64,000 bases of DNA, taken from positions 71,920,001 to 71,984,000 of the forward strand of contig NC_043007.1 of the NCBI RefSeq assembly GCF_006345805.1. Reading direction: 5' to 3'. The notes under the pieces are model-generated. The model ran no database searches, was not told the origin of the DNA, and saw only the letters and a list, made by a program, of their open reading frames with translations. Of the stretch, positions 13,301 to 26,354 are shown in pieces. The DNA comes from Octopus sinensis. Its lineage: Eukaryota. The stretch's first letter is position 1; every line of letters begins with the position of its first letter. Made by a program: the position numbers and the translations under genes.

Positions 13301-13317
13301 AAGAACAAATAAGAGAG

Positions 13318-13359
<42 letters not shown>

Positions 13360-14157
13360 ACACATATGTAATATATACAAATGTATATCTGTTGATAGGC
13401 ACAGTCTCAGGAATTTTTCGAAGGGAGGGCACAAGGTCAGAAGGGTATACAATTCCAGGAGAAAAGGGCATAATATTATTTAGAAGGGTCCACTTCTTTT
13501 CTTGAGGGGGGGGGGGGCATGTGTCCCTCAGCCCCACTCCCTTGGGTTTGCCCCTAGTAGACTTACCAGAAGTAATAACTTACAGAACTCAATACAAATG
13601 TAGAATATTCTTTAATGCATTATATCTGAAAGGCTCTGATTTCCAGAACTCTGGGTCGTTTGTTTCCGATCGTAGCTGGTAAACTGATCTTGGTTTGCTT
13701 TAGAAATATCCACCGTTTGAATATTTTTTGGAATATGAAATTAAAGTTTGGTGGAAACGCTTATCCTTAAGTTCTTTAGTTTAAAAATATGTGTGAACAA
13801 CACATGCTTAAACAGTAATACCATTTTATGACTTCTATTGTATGGAGTTTATGATGCTTATAAAATATTACTATGAGAACCAGAACTGAAATTAAAAGCA
13901 TCAGCTTGAAGCAGCCAATTTCACATGTATCATATGTATCACATGTATCGTTCACAAATGTTTTTAAATGAAAAAAATGTAAGGGTAAGTGTTTCCTTCA
14001 AATTTTCATTTTGTGTTTCAAAAAATATTCAGACATTGAATATTTAAGAGAAAACCAGGCTCAGTCAGCATCTGGTCAGAAACAGGCAACTCTGAGCACT
14101 GGAAACTGGAGACTTTCAGTTATAATGTATTATATGTACGTGTGTATGTGAGTGAGT

Positions 14158-14230
<73 letters not shown>

Positions 14231-17163
14231 CAGTTAAGTCTAAGAACACATTCACATGCATACGTATTCAAATATATTGACACACACTCACAGATTAATA
14301 TTTAAGTACAAATATTTACGACTTTCCGTTTAGCTTACTAAATTAATTTTATTTCTTCTGTCTGTAAATTGTTTAATTAAGAAGTCATAAATTGGAAATA
14401 AGTCATGTAAAACAATACAGATACTAAAATTCACTTCGTTTACAGTTTGTCAAGATTAAAATGGATCTTAGAGTACAACTTTACCATTTGTTGTTTTCTT
14501 GTTAAACAGTTTAGTGAGAAGAGAGGCAGTTTGGCTATGGTTGGTTTTAGGGACTGTGTGACTGATGGGAGAATGTTATTGTAAACCAGGAAAGCTGGCT
14601 GAAGTACTTCAATGACAGTGGATCTAGCCAAAGGCAGCTAAGAGATGGTATTAAACTGGGCCACAGGTTGTAGTCCATCAATAAGTTGTCTCAAGAGCTT
14701 CCTCTTATATTTCTTTCTACTTTTTACTACAGGTACAAGGTCAGCAATTTTTGGGGAAGAGGTAAGTCAATTATATTGACCCGGGAACTTGACTTATTTC
14801 ATAGACTCTGGCATTTATTTTATAGACACCAAAAGGATGAAAGGTCAAGATGACCTTGGTGACATTTGAAGTCAGAACATGAACCCAGAAGAAATGTTAT
14901 TCAGAATTTTATTTGGCATGTTAATGGTTCTGTCAGCTTGCTGTCTTCCACTTTCCACTTTTATTGGTTTCAAATTTTGGCACAAGGCCAGCAATTTCAG
15001 GGATGAGTTAGTTGATTACATCAACCTCAGTGCTCAACTATTGACCCTGAAATGATGAAAGGTAAAGTTGACTGTGTGGAATTTGAACTCAGAATGTAAA
15101 GATAGATGAAATGCTACTAAGCATTTTTTGCCGGGCATGCTAATGATTCTGCCAGTTCACTGCCTTCCTTCTATTTATACAGATTTCAAATTTTGGCACA
15201 AAGCCAGCAAGTTCGGAGGAGGGTGTAAGTTGATTACATTGAACACCAGTGCACAACTAGTACTCATATTTTATTGACCCTGAAAGGATGAAAGGTAAGG
15301 TCAACCTCGGTAGAATTCGAACTCAGAATATAAAGACAGATGAAATGCTTCTAAGCATTTTTTGCCGGGCATGCTAATGATTCTGCCAGCTAGCTCCCCA
15401 CCTTACTCTCCATTTATATTGGAGAGAGATGAATACTGAAGATTAATTTACAGAAATGAATAATCATTGAGAAAATATGAAATAACCAGAGAGAAAGCTA
15501 AGTAATGGCTGGATTATTATTGTTTTTATTATAAGTTAGTCAACGGAAGAGCAGTAACCACTTTGTTACAAGGCCGGGTGATGGGGGCACAAACCAGATC
15601 AAATGACACTATGAAAGGAGTGGGGTAGGTGTTATATATAAAATAACAAGTAAAAAGTAAACCTAATAGATTAATGTATCAAATACAGCAATTAGATTTA
15701 ATTCCAAAATCAAAAAAGTTTTGATGTTCTTAAAATAGTTTCTTCCAACAGTATTGGCTTGATTCTCCACTAAACCATATAAAACTATGCAAACGTTAAT
15801 ATATTAAGAATGCGTCTAAAATACTGTGATTTAACTGTGTAATTTCCCTTGCTATTGTTATTACATTCAGCCATGCACGAGACAATTCATGTAATATGTA
15901 TAAGAACTTTAAGGATTGTTTAAACTCTGATGTAGTTGGAAGGTTATGTGGAGGAAAGGACACCAAGGGTTACTGCCCTTGGATATACCAAACACTAAAA
16001 GTGCATACGACCTTTGTGAATTCTCTGAACAAACTAGTGAGGTTGATGTACATGATGCCTGAACTGAGCAGCTCATACTTAATCTCTGCAGAAAAAACAT
16101 GAACAGAAAGGTTAACTGGAGGTCTGCTCTGATAGCTTGCTACAGTGAAGGACCAGTTAATGTTGTTGTATAGCTCTCAGGTTGTCTTGATAAAATAGCA
16201 GACATAATGTGAGAGATATTCCAGCTGTAACTACTCCTTTTTCTTTTAGACATAGTATATGTTGGACTACATTATTCAGTATATTCTTCTCCTTTTAACC
16301 TTGTAGGATACGATTAAATGAGATTTAGGTACTGTTTCTAGCAGGTCAAGTGACCACTCATTGGTTCAAGGACCAGTTCTTAAACCAGGTAATGTGTTAG
16401 GTCAACCATCCAGATTTATAGGGATAAGTAATTATAAAATATAATTAATTCCAGGAATATAATATGTCTTAAAATAATTTGTGGGAGAATAATGTTTTAA
16501 GTGTAAAAGAGTGTTGAGATATTTGAAGGAATTAGATAAATGACAGAGCAAGAACCTGGTGGATTTCTAGCCAAGACAACTTGTTATATGATTGTAACTA
16601 GTATCAAACATTTAGTGTCAATTCTAGCTGGGACCAAGTGTGATGTTTAGCTGCAATTAGGAAGAATTCTTTCATAGTTATTTGGTGCAACTCCTTGTAT
16701 TTTATATGTGAATGTGAATGTCTCAGGCTGAGGATCCAAGCTTAGTCTTGATTTTATGGTTTTTAGCAGAGTAAAGAAAAATAAATTTTCAGGTGGAGAT
16801 ATTCTTAAGTGCTCCAGTTCACTTGAAGGTTATGTAGTCCTGTGTACTGACCATCCATAATAAAACACCTGCAGTAGATGTGAACACAAAAAAATGTATC
16901 CACGTGACTGCTTCTTGCAGAAAGTGGATAATGAGCAGCAAGCATTAAATGGAAGTAGCAGCAGGAATTGGTTACAAATTATTGAAATGTAATATTATCT
17001 GCTAGCACAAAGTGCATGAGACAAATGAGTTGTCAATTTTACTCCAAGCCAGGTCAAGAAATAACTGCGAGCATGGAGTATAGCTTATTAGTGAGAACTG
17101 GATATTGTGGCAAAAAAATTAGCTGATCGCTGTTGTCATTTAATAAATACACAATTACAAAGT

Positions 17164-17659
17164 TTTATTTCAAATAAATAGTTTTCTTTTACCAAAATCT
17201 ATATTTAGAACACTGAAAAATTAATAATAATAATAATATTGATGGCTTGCTAAGAAATATCTCAACATAAAATGTTTGTTGAGCATTGCAGAGTTGATTG
17301 GATTAAAAGCATGGGATTTCTGATAACTGAATGCAAAATCAATGGTAATTCCATGATCAAAGATTGTTGTATGGACCACAGAGGTGTCATGTTGTAATAT
17401 AGGATTATAAATAGTGATACTAAAGCAACTGTGAGATATACAGTTGGGGGTATGGTATATGGTATAATAGTCTCCAGTGATGATAATATTTCATTTGAGG
17501 AGACATGCAGGGCTGCAAGAAATATTCCATTGTTCTATATTTGCATAACTGGTATCATATCATAACATATTCACTTCTGCTTTTTCACATGTACACAAGC
17601 ACATTGATAGATGTCCAGACACACATACACACATGCATACACGCATGCACGCACACACA

Positions 17660-17690
<31 letters not shown>

Positions 17691-18495
17691 CGCATGCACA
17701 CACACATAACCACCTATCCTTTTAAACAAACATTTATAATCCCAATAGATGGTGCAAAGTAAAAGCAGTAGAGCATACATGGAGCTTTTAAATGTCACCT
17801 ACATGGATAACATCTCTATGCATCTCATCACCTGTGAAATCACTTGGACTAACAATAACAAAGCAAGAATTCGGTGAGAAGAAAAAGGCAAAGTTAGGCT
17901 TTGAGTATCAATAAACTGTCATCAGTTCCTTAGTTTTTCCTGATTTCATGTTTTTATATATGGAAAATTTTGGATTGAAAAAAAAATAATAAAAAAAAAA
18001 TAAAAAACAAAACAAAAACCCTCCCCACCTTAATTATGACCAAATCTTCATTTGCATCCAGGAACAAAGAGTCGATAGATTTTCTTAAATAAAAATATAC
18101 AAAAATTATGTCAATGTTCTTTTAACATATTTGAAAAAATTATAAAATAATTAATTGTTCCTTCAACATTGTATACACAAACATCTCTCTCTTTTATTTT
18201 GAAACTTTTGTTTTTCCTGTTCCTCTGTGTTTGACAAAAAGAGACAGCTGCTGATAGAAATCCCTGCACTTCAAATGCTACTGATTAGGACGGACAGAAG
18301 TAACCACTTACACAGGTAATTCAATGGAACCAGAATTTTGGGGGGTAAGATATAAAAGTTTGGAGACATGACCGCTTTTGAAAAGAAAATGCACCAAAAT
18401 ACTGAAGCGGTATGCAAAATAAATAGCAAGTAGTAATAGTGTGTCAATGAGGACAACATGTTTGATGACAGAGGACTGTTTAGAAAAAGTTTTTG
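17164..18495 (-). other. BMP2/4: Probable BMP2/4 3' UTR
   Basis: Repeat-poor, U-rich sequence after the stop codon; minus-strand AATAAA at 18198-18193 and 17169-17164. The true end is unknown. Confidence 0.45.
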
Positions 18496-19493
18496 TCATC
18501 GGCATCCACATGCTTTTACAACCATTCCTTGATAATTTTTAAGGACTACTTTGTTTTGCTCATCGAGATAAAGCATTGAAATCGAGCTAAGTTCTGTAGG
18601 TACACAACATACCTCAGGTATTCTGTCGGGCATCACAGAATTGACAAGGGTCTGAACAATAGCATGATTTGTTGAGTTCAAATAGTCTGAAATTGGGAAT
18701 GGGCATTTGCCATCACAATAAAAGGCTTGGTAACCCACGGGGGCCACAATCCATTCTGTCCATCCTACTTCATTAAATGAAACATACATTGGGTGTCTAC
18801 GACATTCCGCGCCCGCTTTTCGGTGTCGCTGAACTTTTTTTGAACGCCGTCGTTTTTTTTTTCCTCGTTCCCTTCTGTGTCTTGCACTTCTTCGAGAACG
18901 TTTGAGGGGTACACCTTTTCCATCGTCAGTGTAAGTGATAAGTAAAGGGCGAGAATTTTGCCATTCATTTTGTTCAATGTCCGCTGTTCTCTTTAATCGT
19001 ATATGTTGATGTGGTTGAACAGAAACTGGGTTTTTTGTTGCTGTAGATAGTCGAATGTGCAAACCATGGTTTAAATGTGGCGTTTGTTTCCATTTCAGAA
19101 CAGCTGGGTGTACATCAAAAACAACCCATGTTGATGTATTACTGTTGCTGTGAATAACCTTAGTGTCAATAAGCCGTGTAATGCATTCACTGGAACTTCC
19201 CCATCGGGGTGGACTTATAACTTCGTGGACCTCTATACGAATAGGAAAATATTTCAGTTTTTTAAACATATTTTTATTATTATTGTCTCTAGTAATGTTA
19301 TAATTACTATCATATGAATTATCAATAGAAATGTCACTTGAGCTAGCAGCTCCTCTGTAGTTATATTCATAAAATTTAGGATCCCAGAAGATCCTTAAAT
19401 CAGCTGCTGTTAAAATCTCTTCTTCCATCATATTAGAAATGTTGAACATAATGGTACTGGCATTTTCTTCTGTGCAGTCCATGAAGTGAGGGT
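18496..19493 (-). CDS. BMP2/4: BMP2/4 coding exon 2: rest of prodomain, furin sites, mature cystine-knot domain
   Basis: Acceptor tttccag|AC completes G+AC = Asp in frame ([12 protein letters not shown]). Motifs [39 protein letters not shown]; RLKR and RSRR furin sites; 7-Cys domain CRRH..VGW..WIVAP.GY.AFYC.G.CPFP...[15 protein letters not shown]...[31 protein letters not shown]. Spliced CDS 1500 nt = 499 aa. Confidence 0.97.
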
Positions 19494-19566
19494 CTGGAAA
19501 AAAAGAGAGGAAAAAATGTTAATCATTGTCACAACTAGTCTTTCAATTTGGAATATTTTAGTTTCA

Positions 19567-19787
19567 TACTCTCCTTACTCTTTTACTTGTTTCAGTCATT
19601 TGACTGTGGCCATGCTGGAGCACCGCCTTTTAAGTCGAACAAATCGACCCCCAGGACTTATTCTTCGCAAGCCTAGTACTTATTCTATCTGTCTCTTTTG
19701 CCGAACCACTAAGTTACGGGGATGTAAACACACCAGCATCGGTTTTCAAGTGATGTTGGGGGGACAAAGACAGACACACAAACATAT

Positions 19788-19834
<47 letters not shown>

Positions 19835-19995
19835 TACGACAGGCTTCTTTCAGTTTCTGTCTACCAAATTCACTCACAAGGCTTTGGTCGGCCTGAGGCT
19901 ACAGTAGAAGACACTTGCTCAAGATGCCACACAGTGGGACTGAATCCGGAACCATGTGGTCCGTAAGCGAGCTACTTACCACATAGCCACTCCTA
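19567..19995 (-). mobile_element. SINE family A in the BMP2/4 intron
   Basis: Full-length copy. Confidence 0.9.
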
Positions 19996-20059
19996 AATAC
20001 TCAGGAACAGATTTTAATATGGTACTTAATCATGTCAATTATGCACACAATTATACATA

Positions 20060-20484
20060 GGCATAGGAGTGGCTGTGTGGTAAGTAGCTTGCTTACCAGC
20101 CACATGGTTCCGGGTTTAGTCCCACTGCGTGTCACCTTGGGCAAGTGTCTTCTACTATAGCCTCGGGCTGACCAAAGCTTTGTGAGTGGATTTGGTAGAC
20201 GGAAACTAAAAGATGCCCGTCGAATATATATATATATATATGTATATGCATATATGTATGTGTTTGTGCATATGTTTGTGCGTCTGTGTTTGTTCCCCCA
20301 ACATCGCTTGACAACCAATGCTGGTGTGTTTACATCCCCGTAACCTAGCGGTTCAGCAAAAGACACTGATAGAATAAGTACTAGGCGTACAAGGAATAAG
20401 TCCTGGGGTCAATTTGCTCGACTAAAGGCGGTGCTCCAGCATGGCCACAGTCAAATGACTGAAACAAGTAAAAGAGTAAAAGAG
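20060..20484 (+). mobile_element. SINE family A in the BMP2/4 intron
   Basis: Full-length copy, inverted relative to 19567-19995. Confidence 0.9.
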
Positions 20485-21101
20485 GTGAAAATAAAAAAAC
20501 ATTATTGCAAAATATCATCAAAAATTCAAGATCTGAGTTTTTCATGAAGTAATGCCACTTAGACAAATTTCGGCTTAAATTCTGGCAATTTCCTCACCAT
20601 CATATTAGCAAATACACGATGAACTAAAGGGTAAATTCTCTTTAATTGTTAATCATGTTACTTGACCATACTTCTATTTTAAAACTGGAAATTTACACCA
20701 CCTCCAGATTAAAATTCACACACTTCTCATTGACTGACATTGTTAGCCAACTCTCTTGCTCTCATTTCTTGATCTGAATCATCACATTTATCTAGCAACA
20801 TCTCAGTAGTCATTCCTTTTCTCAAGTCTTTCTGTGAACATTTTTTTCCTGCTGGGAAGAGCTCTCCTACAAACGTATGAGTGTACCCAGGAACATATGC
20901 AAGGGAAATAACTAATGTATACGTATGATCATTTTTTTTATGGAAGTTGTCTCCCTTGCATCAACTGTATTCTATTCCAAGAGTCTGGCTGCCCAAATGC
21001 GAAGAGGAGATACTCTGCAGCCCATTGCGCGCGCGCACACACACCTGCAACTAGACACTGAGCGACACTGCTTTAACCTAGGCAAGGACTATAGCAATAT
21101 T

Positions 21102-21132
<31 letters not shown>

Positions 21133-21198
21133 GAACATATACATATACACATACGTACAACACGCGCATATACACAAACACAAATAGTTTCACACGCA

Positions 21199-21402
21199 TA
21201 CTCTTTTACTTGTTTCAGTCATTTGACTGCGGCCATGCTGGAGCACCGCCTTTAGTCGAGCAAATCGACCCCGGGACTTATTCTTTGTAAGCCCAGTACT
21301 TATTCTATCGGTTTCTTTTGCCGAACCGCTAAGTGACGGGGACGTAAACACACCAGCATCGATTGTCAAGGAATGCTAGGGGGACAACACAGACACACAC
21401 AC

Positions 21403-21483
<81 letters not shown>

Positions 21484-21646
21484 CGACGGGCTTCTTTCAG
21501 TTTCCGTCTACCAAATCCACTCACAAGGCGTTGGTCGGCCCGGGGCTATAGCAGAAGACACTTGCCCAAGATGCCACGCAGTGGGACTGAACCTGGAACC
21601 ATGTGGCTGGTTAGCAAGCTACTTACCACACAGCCACTCCTGCGCC
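21199..21646 (-). mobile_element. SINE family A in the BMP2/4 intron
   Basis: Full-length, low-divergence copy, closely similar to 45978-46391. Confidence 0.9.
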
Positions 21647-21705
21647 TATATATTAAATCTTTAAGTCAAATGTGCAAAAATATAAATTGAAAAAAAAATT
21701 TTCAA

Positions 21706-22322
21706 CGAAGGTGTAGCTGTATGGGAAGAAGCTTGCTTTCCAACCATATGGATCTTGGTATAGTTCCAGTGTCACATCCTGGGCAAGTGAATTCTCCTAT
21801 AGCCTCGGGCCGACAATAGTCTTGTGAGTAGATTTGGTAAACAGAAACTGAAAGGCGACGAGCTGGCAGAAACATTAGCAACGTTGGGCGAAATGCCTAG
21901 CGGTATTTCGTCTGCCGTTACGTTCTGAGTTCAAATTCCGCCGAGGTCGACTTTGCCTTTCATCCTTTCGGGGTCGATAAATTAAGTACCAGTTACGCAC
22001 TGGGGTCGATGTAATCGACTTAATCCGTTTGTCTGTCCTTGTTTGTCCCCTCTATGTTTAGCCCCTTGTAAAGAAATAAGAAACTGAAAGAAACCCGTCG
22101 TATATATGTGTGTATGTGTGTCTGTGTTTTCCCCACCACCACCACCACTGCTTGACAACCGGTGTTGGTGTATTTATGTCCCCGTATCTAGCGGTTCGGC
22201 AAAAAACCGATAGAATATTTATCAAGCTTTAAAAAAAAAAATTGAAAGTAGCGATGTCGATTCATTGGATTAAAATTCCTTAAGGCGGTGCCCCAATGAG
22301 TGAAACAAGTAAAAAGTAAAAG
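21706..22322 (+). mobile_element. Older SINE family A copy with a nested family B SINE (21855-22078)
   Basis: 12-bp TSD AGAAACTGAAAG at 21843-21854 and 22079-22090. Confidence 0.85.
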
Positions 22323-22374
22323 AAAAAAAAAGATAAAAAAAACATATTTAACTAAAAAAAAATTGCTGATTTAC

Positions 22375-22876
22375 CGATGTGGTAGAAACTGCGAACAGTG
22401 TTGGCTGGTAAATAACCTCGTCCACTGGTGGGAGCTGAAGGATCCTTCTTCTGTTTATGGCTATCGTATAAATCCCACATGTATTGGGGAACAAATGTCT
22501 TCTCATTCAGTTTGGGTCGATTCTTGAGTCCAAATATCTGAAGCAAATTCGCTTCAAAAGCTTTAAACAAATCATCGTGGGTCTGTGGAAAATTATCTTT
22601 TTTGGTTGCTGTCACTTTTAAAGAGGATGAGGATGACGACGACGACGATGATGATGATGTTGATGATGATGATGACACCGACGACGATGATGATGTGGAC
22701 GATGATGAAGATGATGAAGATGACACTGATAATGGTCGAGTTGATGATAACGGTGATGTCGACGCCGGCGGTAGGTGATGCGAAAAGGTGTCAGTAGATA
22801 GGATGATGGCCAACACTTGTCCATGGAGGAGTACGAAGAGAACTACAACTAGCATCAATTGGTGCCTCACCATCAT
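22375..22876 (-). CDS. BMP2/4: BMP2/4 (dpp-type) coding exon 1: signal peptide, poly-Ser tract, prodomain N-terminus
   Basis: MMVRHQLMLVVVLFVLLHGQVLA signal peptide; prodomain motifs FEANLLQIFGLKNRP, VPQYMWDLY, ANTVRSFYH. Acceptor tttcag|G (exon starts 22887) 11 nt upstream of the ATG; phase-1 donor ATC G|gtaaat after 22375. 502 nt. Confidence 0.95.
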
Positions 22877-23008
22877 TATGAAACTGCCTGAAATAAATAA
22901 GAGAAGACATCTTCAGTTTGGCATATATAAAACACACACACAAACTAACATCACACATACAAAAATTATCTACGTATATACGTATATATATATCTATATA
23001 TTAAACTG

Positions 23009-23073
<65 letters not shown>

Positions 23074-23075
<2 letters not shown>

Positions 23076-23261
23076 GGAGTAAACACATAAATGTGAAACA
23101 AGGTGGAAAAAGAGTACTCAAATACCAGTGGTAGAGTAATATGCTTTATTCAAAGCAGCAGAAAATTCAACAAAAACTGTAAAACAAAAACTGTCCGACG
23201 AACGGCAACGGGAAACTCAGAGTAACAGGTTTTGTTGGATTTTCTGCTGCTTTGAATAAAG

Positions 23262-23265
<4 letters not shown>
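23074..23265. mobile_element. Penelope-like fragment with inverted arms and a degenerate hammerhead
   Basis: Arms 23140-23180 and 23225-23265 are inverted copies; 23185-23234 is homologous to the 12.2 kb hammerhead motif but its core is CCGACGA; embedded in (TA)n. Confidence 0.55.
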
Positions 23266-23296
<31 letters not shown>

Positions 23297-23310
23297 TATA
23301 TATTATATAT

Positions 23311-23720
23311 ATATAATTATAATAAAGGGTTTTTTGCAACAAGTTGCTTAAACCACATACCGAAAATATTAGAAATAGCAGTCAAGTGGGCTACTATTAC
23401 TATTACTACAAAAATAAGTCTCCACAAACAACAGTATTTGTAACCTATATATGGTAAAAAGAAGGAAGACAACGAAATCACACAGTCTACTGGATTAATT
23501 ATGGACGATCGTTTCTGGATTAGAATCGTAAGTTCATTTTCTTAGTAGCCCTTTTGACTGCTATTTCTAATATTTTCGGTATGTGGTTTAAGCAACTTGT
23601 TGCAAAAAAACCCTTTATTATAATTATATAATTTTTACCGAATATGGTCCTTTCCATACCGAAAGACTACTAGGTGAATGAAATTTATTGATTTTATTAA
23701 ATTAATTATATTTCACCCTT
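23311..23720. mobile_element. Inverted-repeat element (Penelope-like inverted pseudo-LTR)
   Basis: ~85-bp near-perfect inverted arms 23311-23396 and 23543-23630; minus-strand GAAAC-GATC-GTC palindromic remnant in the spacer; flanked by (TA)n. Confidence 0.5.
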
Positions 23721-24245
<525 letters not shown>

Positions 24246-24496
24246 TAAGAAGATTAAAGGGAATGAGTATATTTTTAAAGCTTCACTACTAAACACAACA
24301 ATAACTAAAAATAATTCATTTTTTAAAAAAAGATACAAATAGACATAAAAATTATGAATAGAAAAATACATGCACAACTACATATGAATATTTAACGTTG
24401 AATTTTGAAGCTATTAGAAAATAACATAAGATAAGATAAGGCTGAAAGTAAAAACGGTATTAATGATTATTGGAATATTAAGTATGATGAAACAAA

Positions 24497-24889
24497 TCCC
24501 TCTATATATAAAGCTGAAGTTGTCTGTGTATGGCAGGTTTGGTAGCCTTCAACTAACACTATCTCCTCCGAGACCCTGCGGCGCAAGTTGACCAAAATTG
24601 AGAGTATGATAGAAGAAGGCTTGCTCTTCCTTCCGTAGAAGAAAAAAATTCAAATTGGACCGTGTTAACACCAAAAATTATTTACATCAAAAAGGTGCTT
24701 TTTTTCTATGAAAATCCCTATTTTTTACGATTTTTTGACTGCTGTATCGCCATTTTTCGGTGTATTTCAACCAGAAAAGTGTTCACTTAAAGAGAATAAC
24801 AAGCTACATAATGCAAAATTTTTACTTTTCAAAAATTCCAATTCTAAAGGGTTGAAACAAACCCAAGCAACGCCGGGGAATAATGCTAG
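24497..24889 (+). mobile_element. Non-autonomous Helitron
   Basis: A|TC 5' end (TCCCTCTATATATAAAG), subterminal hairpin-like CCCAAGCAACGCCGGGG, 3' CTAG|T, no TSD. Confidence 0.75.
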
Positions 24890-25737
24890 TTATGAATAAA
24901 ACCAAAATACCATGAATGAAAACATAGCCCACAGAGCAAAACATAACCCTGCCAGGTACAGCATGTGCCCAGGGCCGAGACACTTTCAATTTAATTCAAT
25001 CCTATATTTTCTGCATACATGACATTTCTAGACATCGACGACACAGCAAAATGCCATCCATACACTTCCGTTATAACCGATACTCGACCTCCTACAGTTC
25101 ACATTCAACGGTTGCTACTCATGAAATATAATACAATTCGCCCAGAATTTCAAACTCTTCCTAATCGCTATCTGATACTAAGTATATAAGACCAATCACA
25201 GTACAAACGGATGGAACAGACGTCATCCAACAAAATAATACACCGATATTGTACAGATATCATACAATAGATTAAACATTAAGATAACACCAGAAATAAC
25301 AGGCAAAACCCCACAATAATGCAGAACTGATGGAGGATACAAATACAATCCTACATTACCCAAATATCCCAGGAAAACGGATGTGTGTCTGGTGACGCCG
25401 TAGAAAACGGCATTTGCAATCCCTGTATTCGGATACCTAGGATTTTTCAAACGCTGGAAATTATGCCAGTATTGTGAAATACTTTCAGAAAAAGACACTG
25501 TATAAATATATATGTTTCTTTACTACCCACAAGGGGCTAAACATAGAGGGGACAAACAAGGACAGACAAACGGATTAAGTCGATTATATCGACCCCAGTG
25601 CGTAACTGGTACTTAATTTATCGACCCCGAAAGGATAAAAGGCAAAGTCGACCTCAGCGGAATTTGAACTCAGAACGTAGCAGCAGACGAAATACGGCTA
25701 CGCATTTCGCCCGGCGTGCTAACGGTTCTGCCAGTGG

Positions 25738-26190
25738 AAAAGACTGAGAAAGAATCAATGCTCTGGGATATATCAATCTACAGAGAGAGAGAAAAATGAA
25801 GGAAACGAGCGGATATCGTTATAAGAACCACCAAGAAAGAAAGTCCTGCCTGATTGAAATATCAGTCACAACATTTTATAATGTCCTCCTAAAGAAAATG
25901 GAGAAATGATCAGAATACAAAGAATTAGAATTAGGGATAACCAGAATCTAAGGATTGAAAACAAACAATATTTTAAATAAGTGTGTTTGGTGGAATGCTT
26001 AAAAAAAGATGAAGCACTGACAATTTATATTAGCATCCCAAGCCTCATAATTATGAACACAACGTACAGGAAATAAAGTTAATAGATATTGCTGCTTAGA
26101 TTTTAACGTAGTGGACTTTTAATACGAGACAACAACGCGCTGCATATAACCTTCAGAAGTACAATCAGTAGTAAAAGGAAAACCTATTGT
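25738..26190 (+). mobile_element. Degenerate R4/Dong-like RLE fragment
   Basis: Visibly homologous to 28640-29000 (ctctgggatatatcaatc, cggatatcgtt, ctgattgaaatatcagtc, atacaaagaattagaa); ends at (AAT)n. Confidence 0.55.
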
Positions 26191-26320
26191 AATAATAATA
26201 ATAGTAATAATAATAATAATAATAATAATGATTATGATGATGATGATGATGATGATGATATGATGATAATAATGATAATAATAATAATAATGATGATGAT
26301 GATGATGATGATGACGATGT

Positions 26321-26354
<34 letters not shown>

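Larger units (their letters stand above)
19494..22374 (-). other. BMP2/4: BMP2/4 intron between the coding exons (2881 nt, GT-AG, phase 1)
   Basis: GT at 22374-22373 and AG at 19495-19494 on the minus strand, with a polypyrimidine tract; joining restores the reading frame. Confidence 0.92.

Noticed and set aside
22585-22797. Antisense Met/Thr-rich ORF and alternative-frame His/Arg-rich ORF over BMP2/4 exon 1
   Set aside because: By-products of the poly-Ser (TCA)n codon run.
23490-23545. Hammerhead candidate on the minus strand (CTTACGA...GAAACGATCGTC)
   Set aside because: The core is mutated and stems I and II do not pair; only the palindromic stem III remains.
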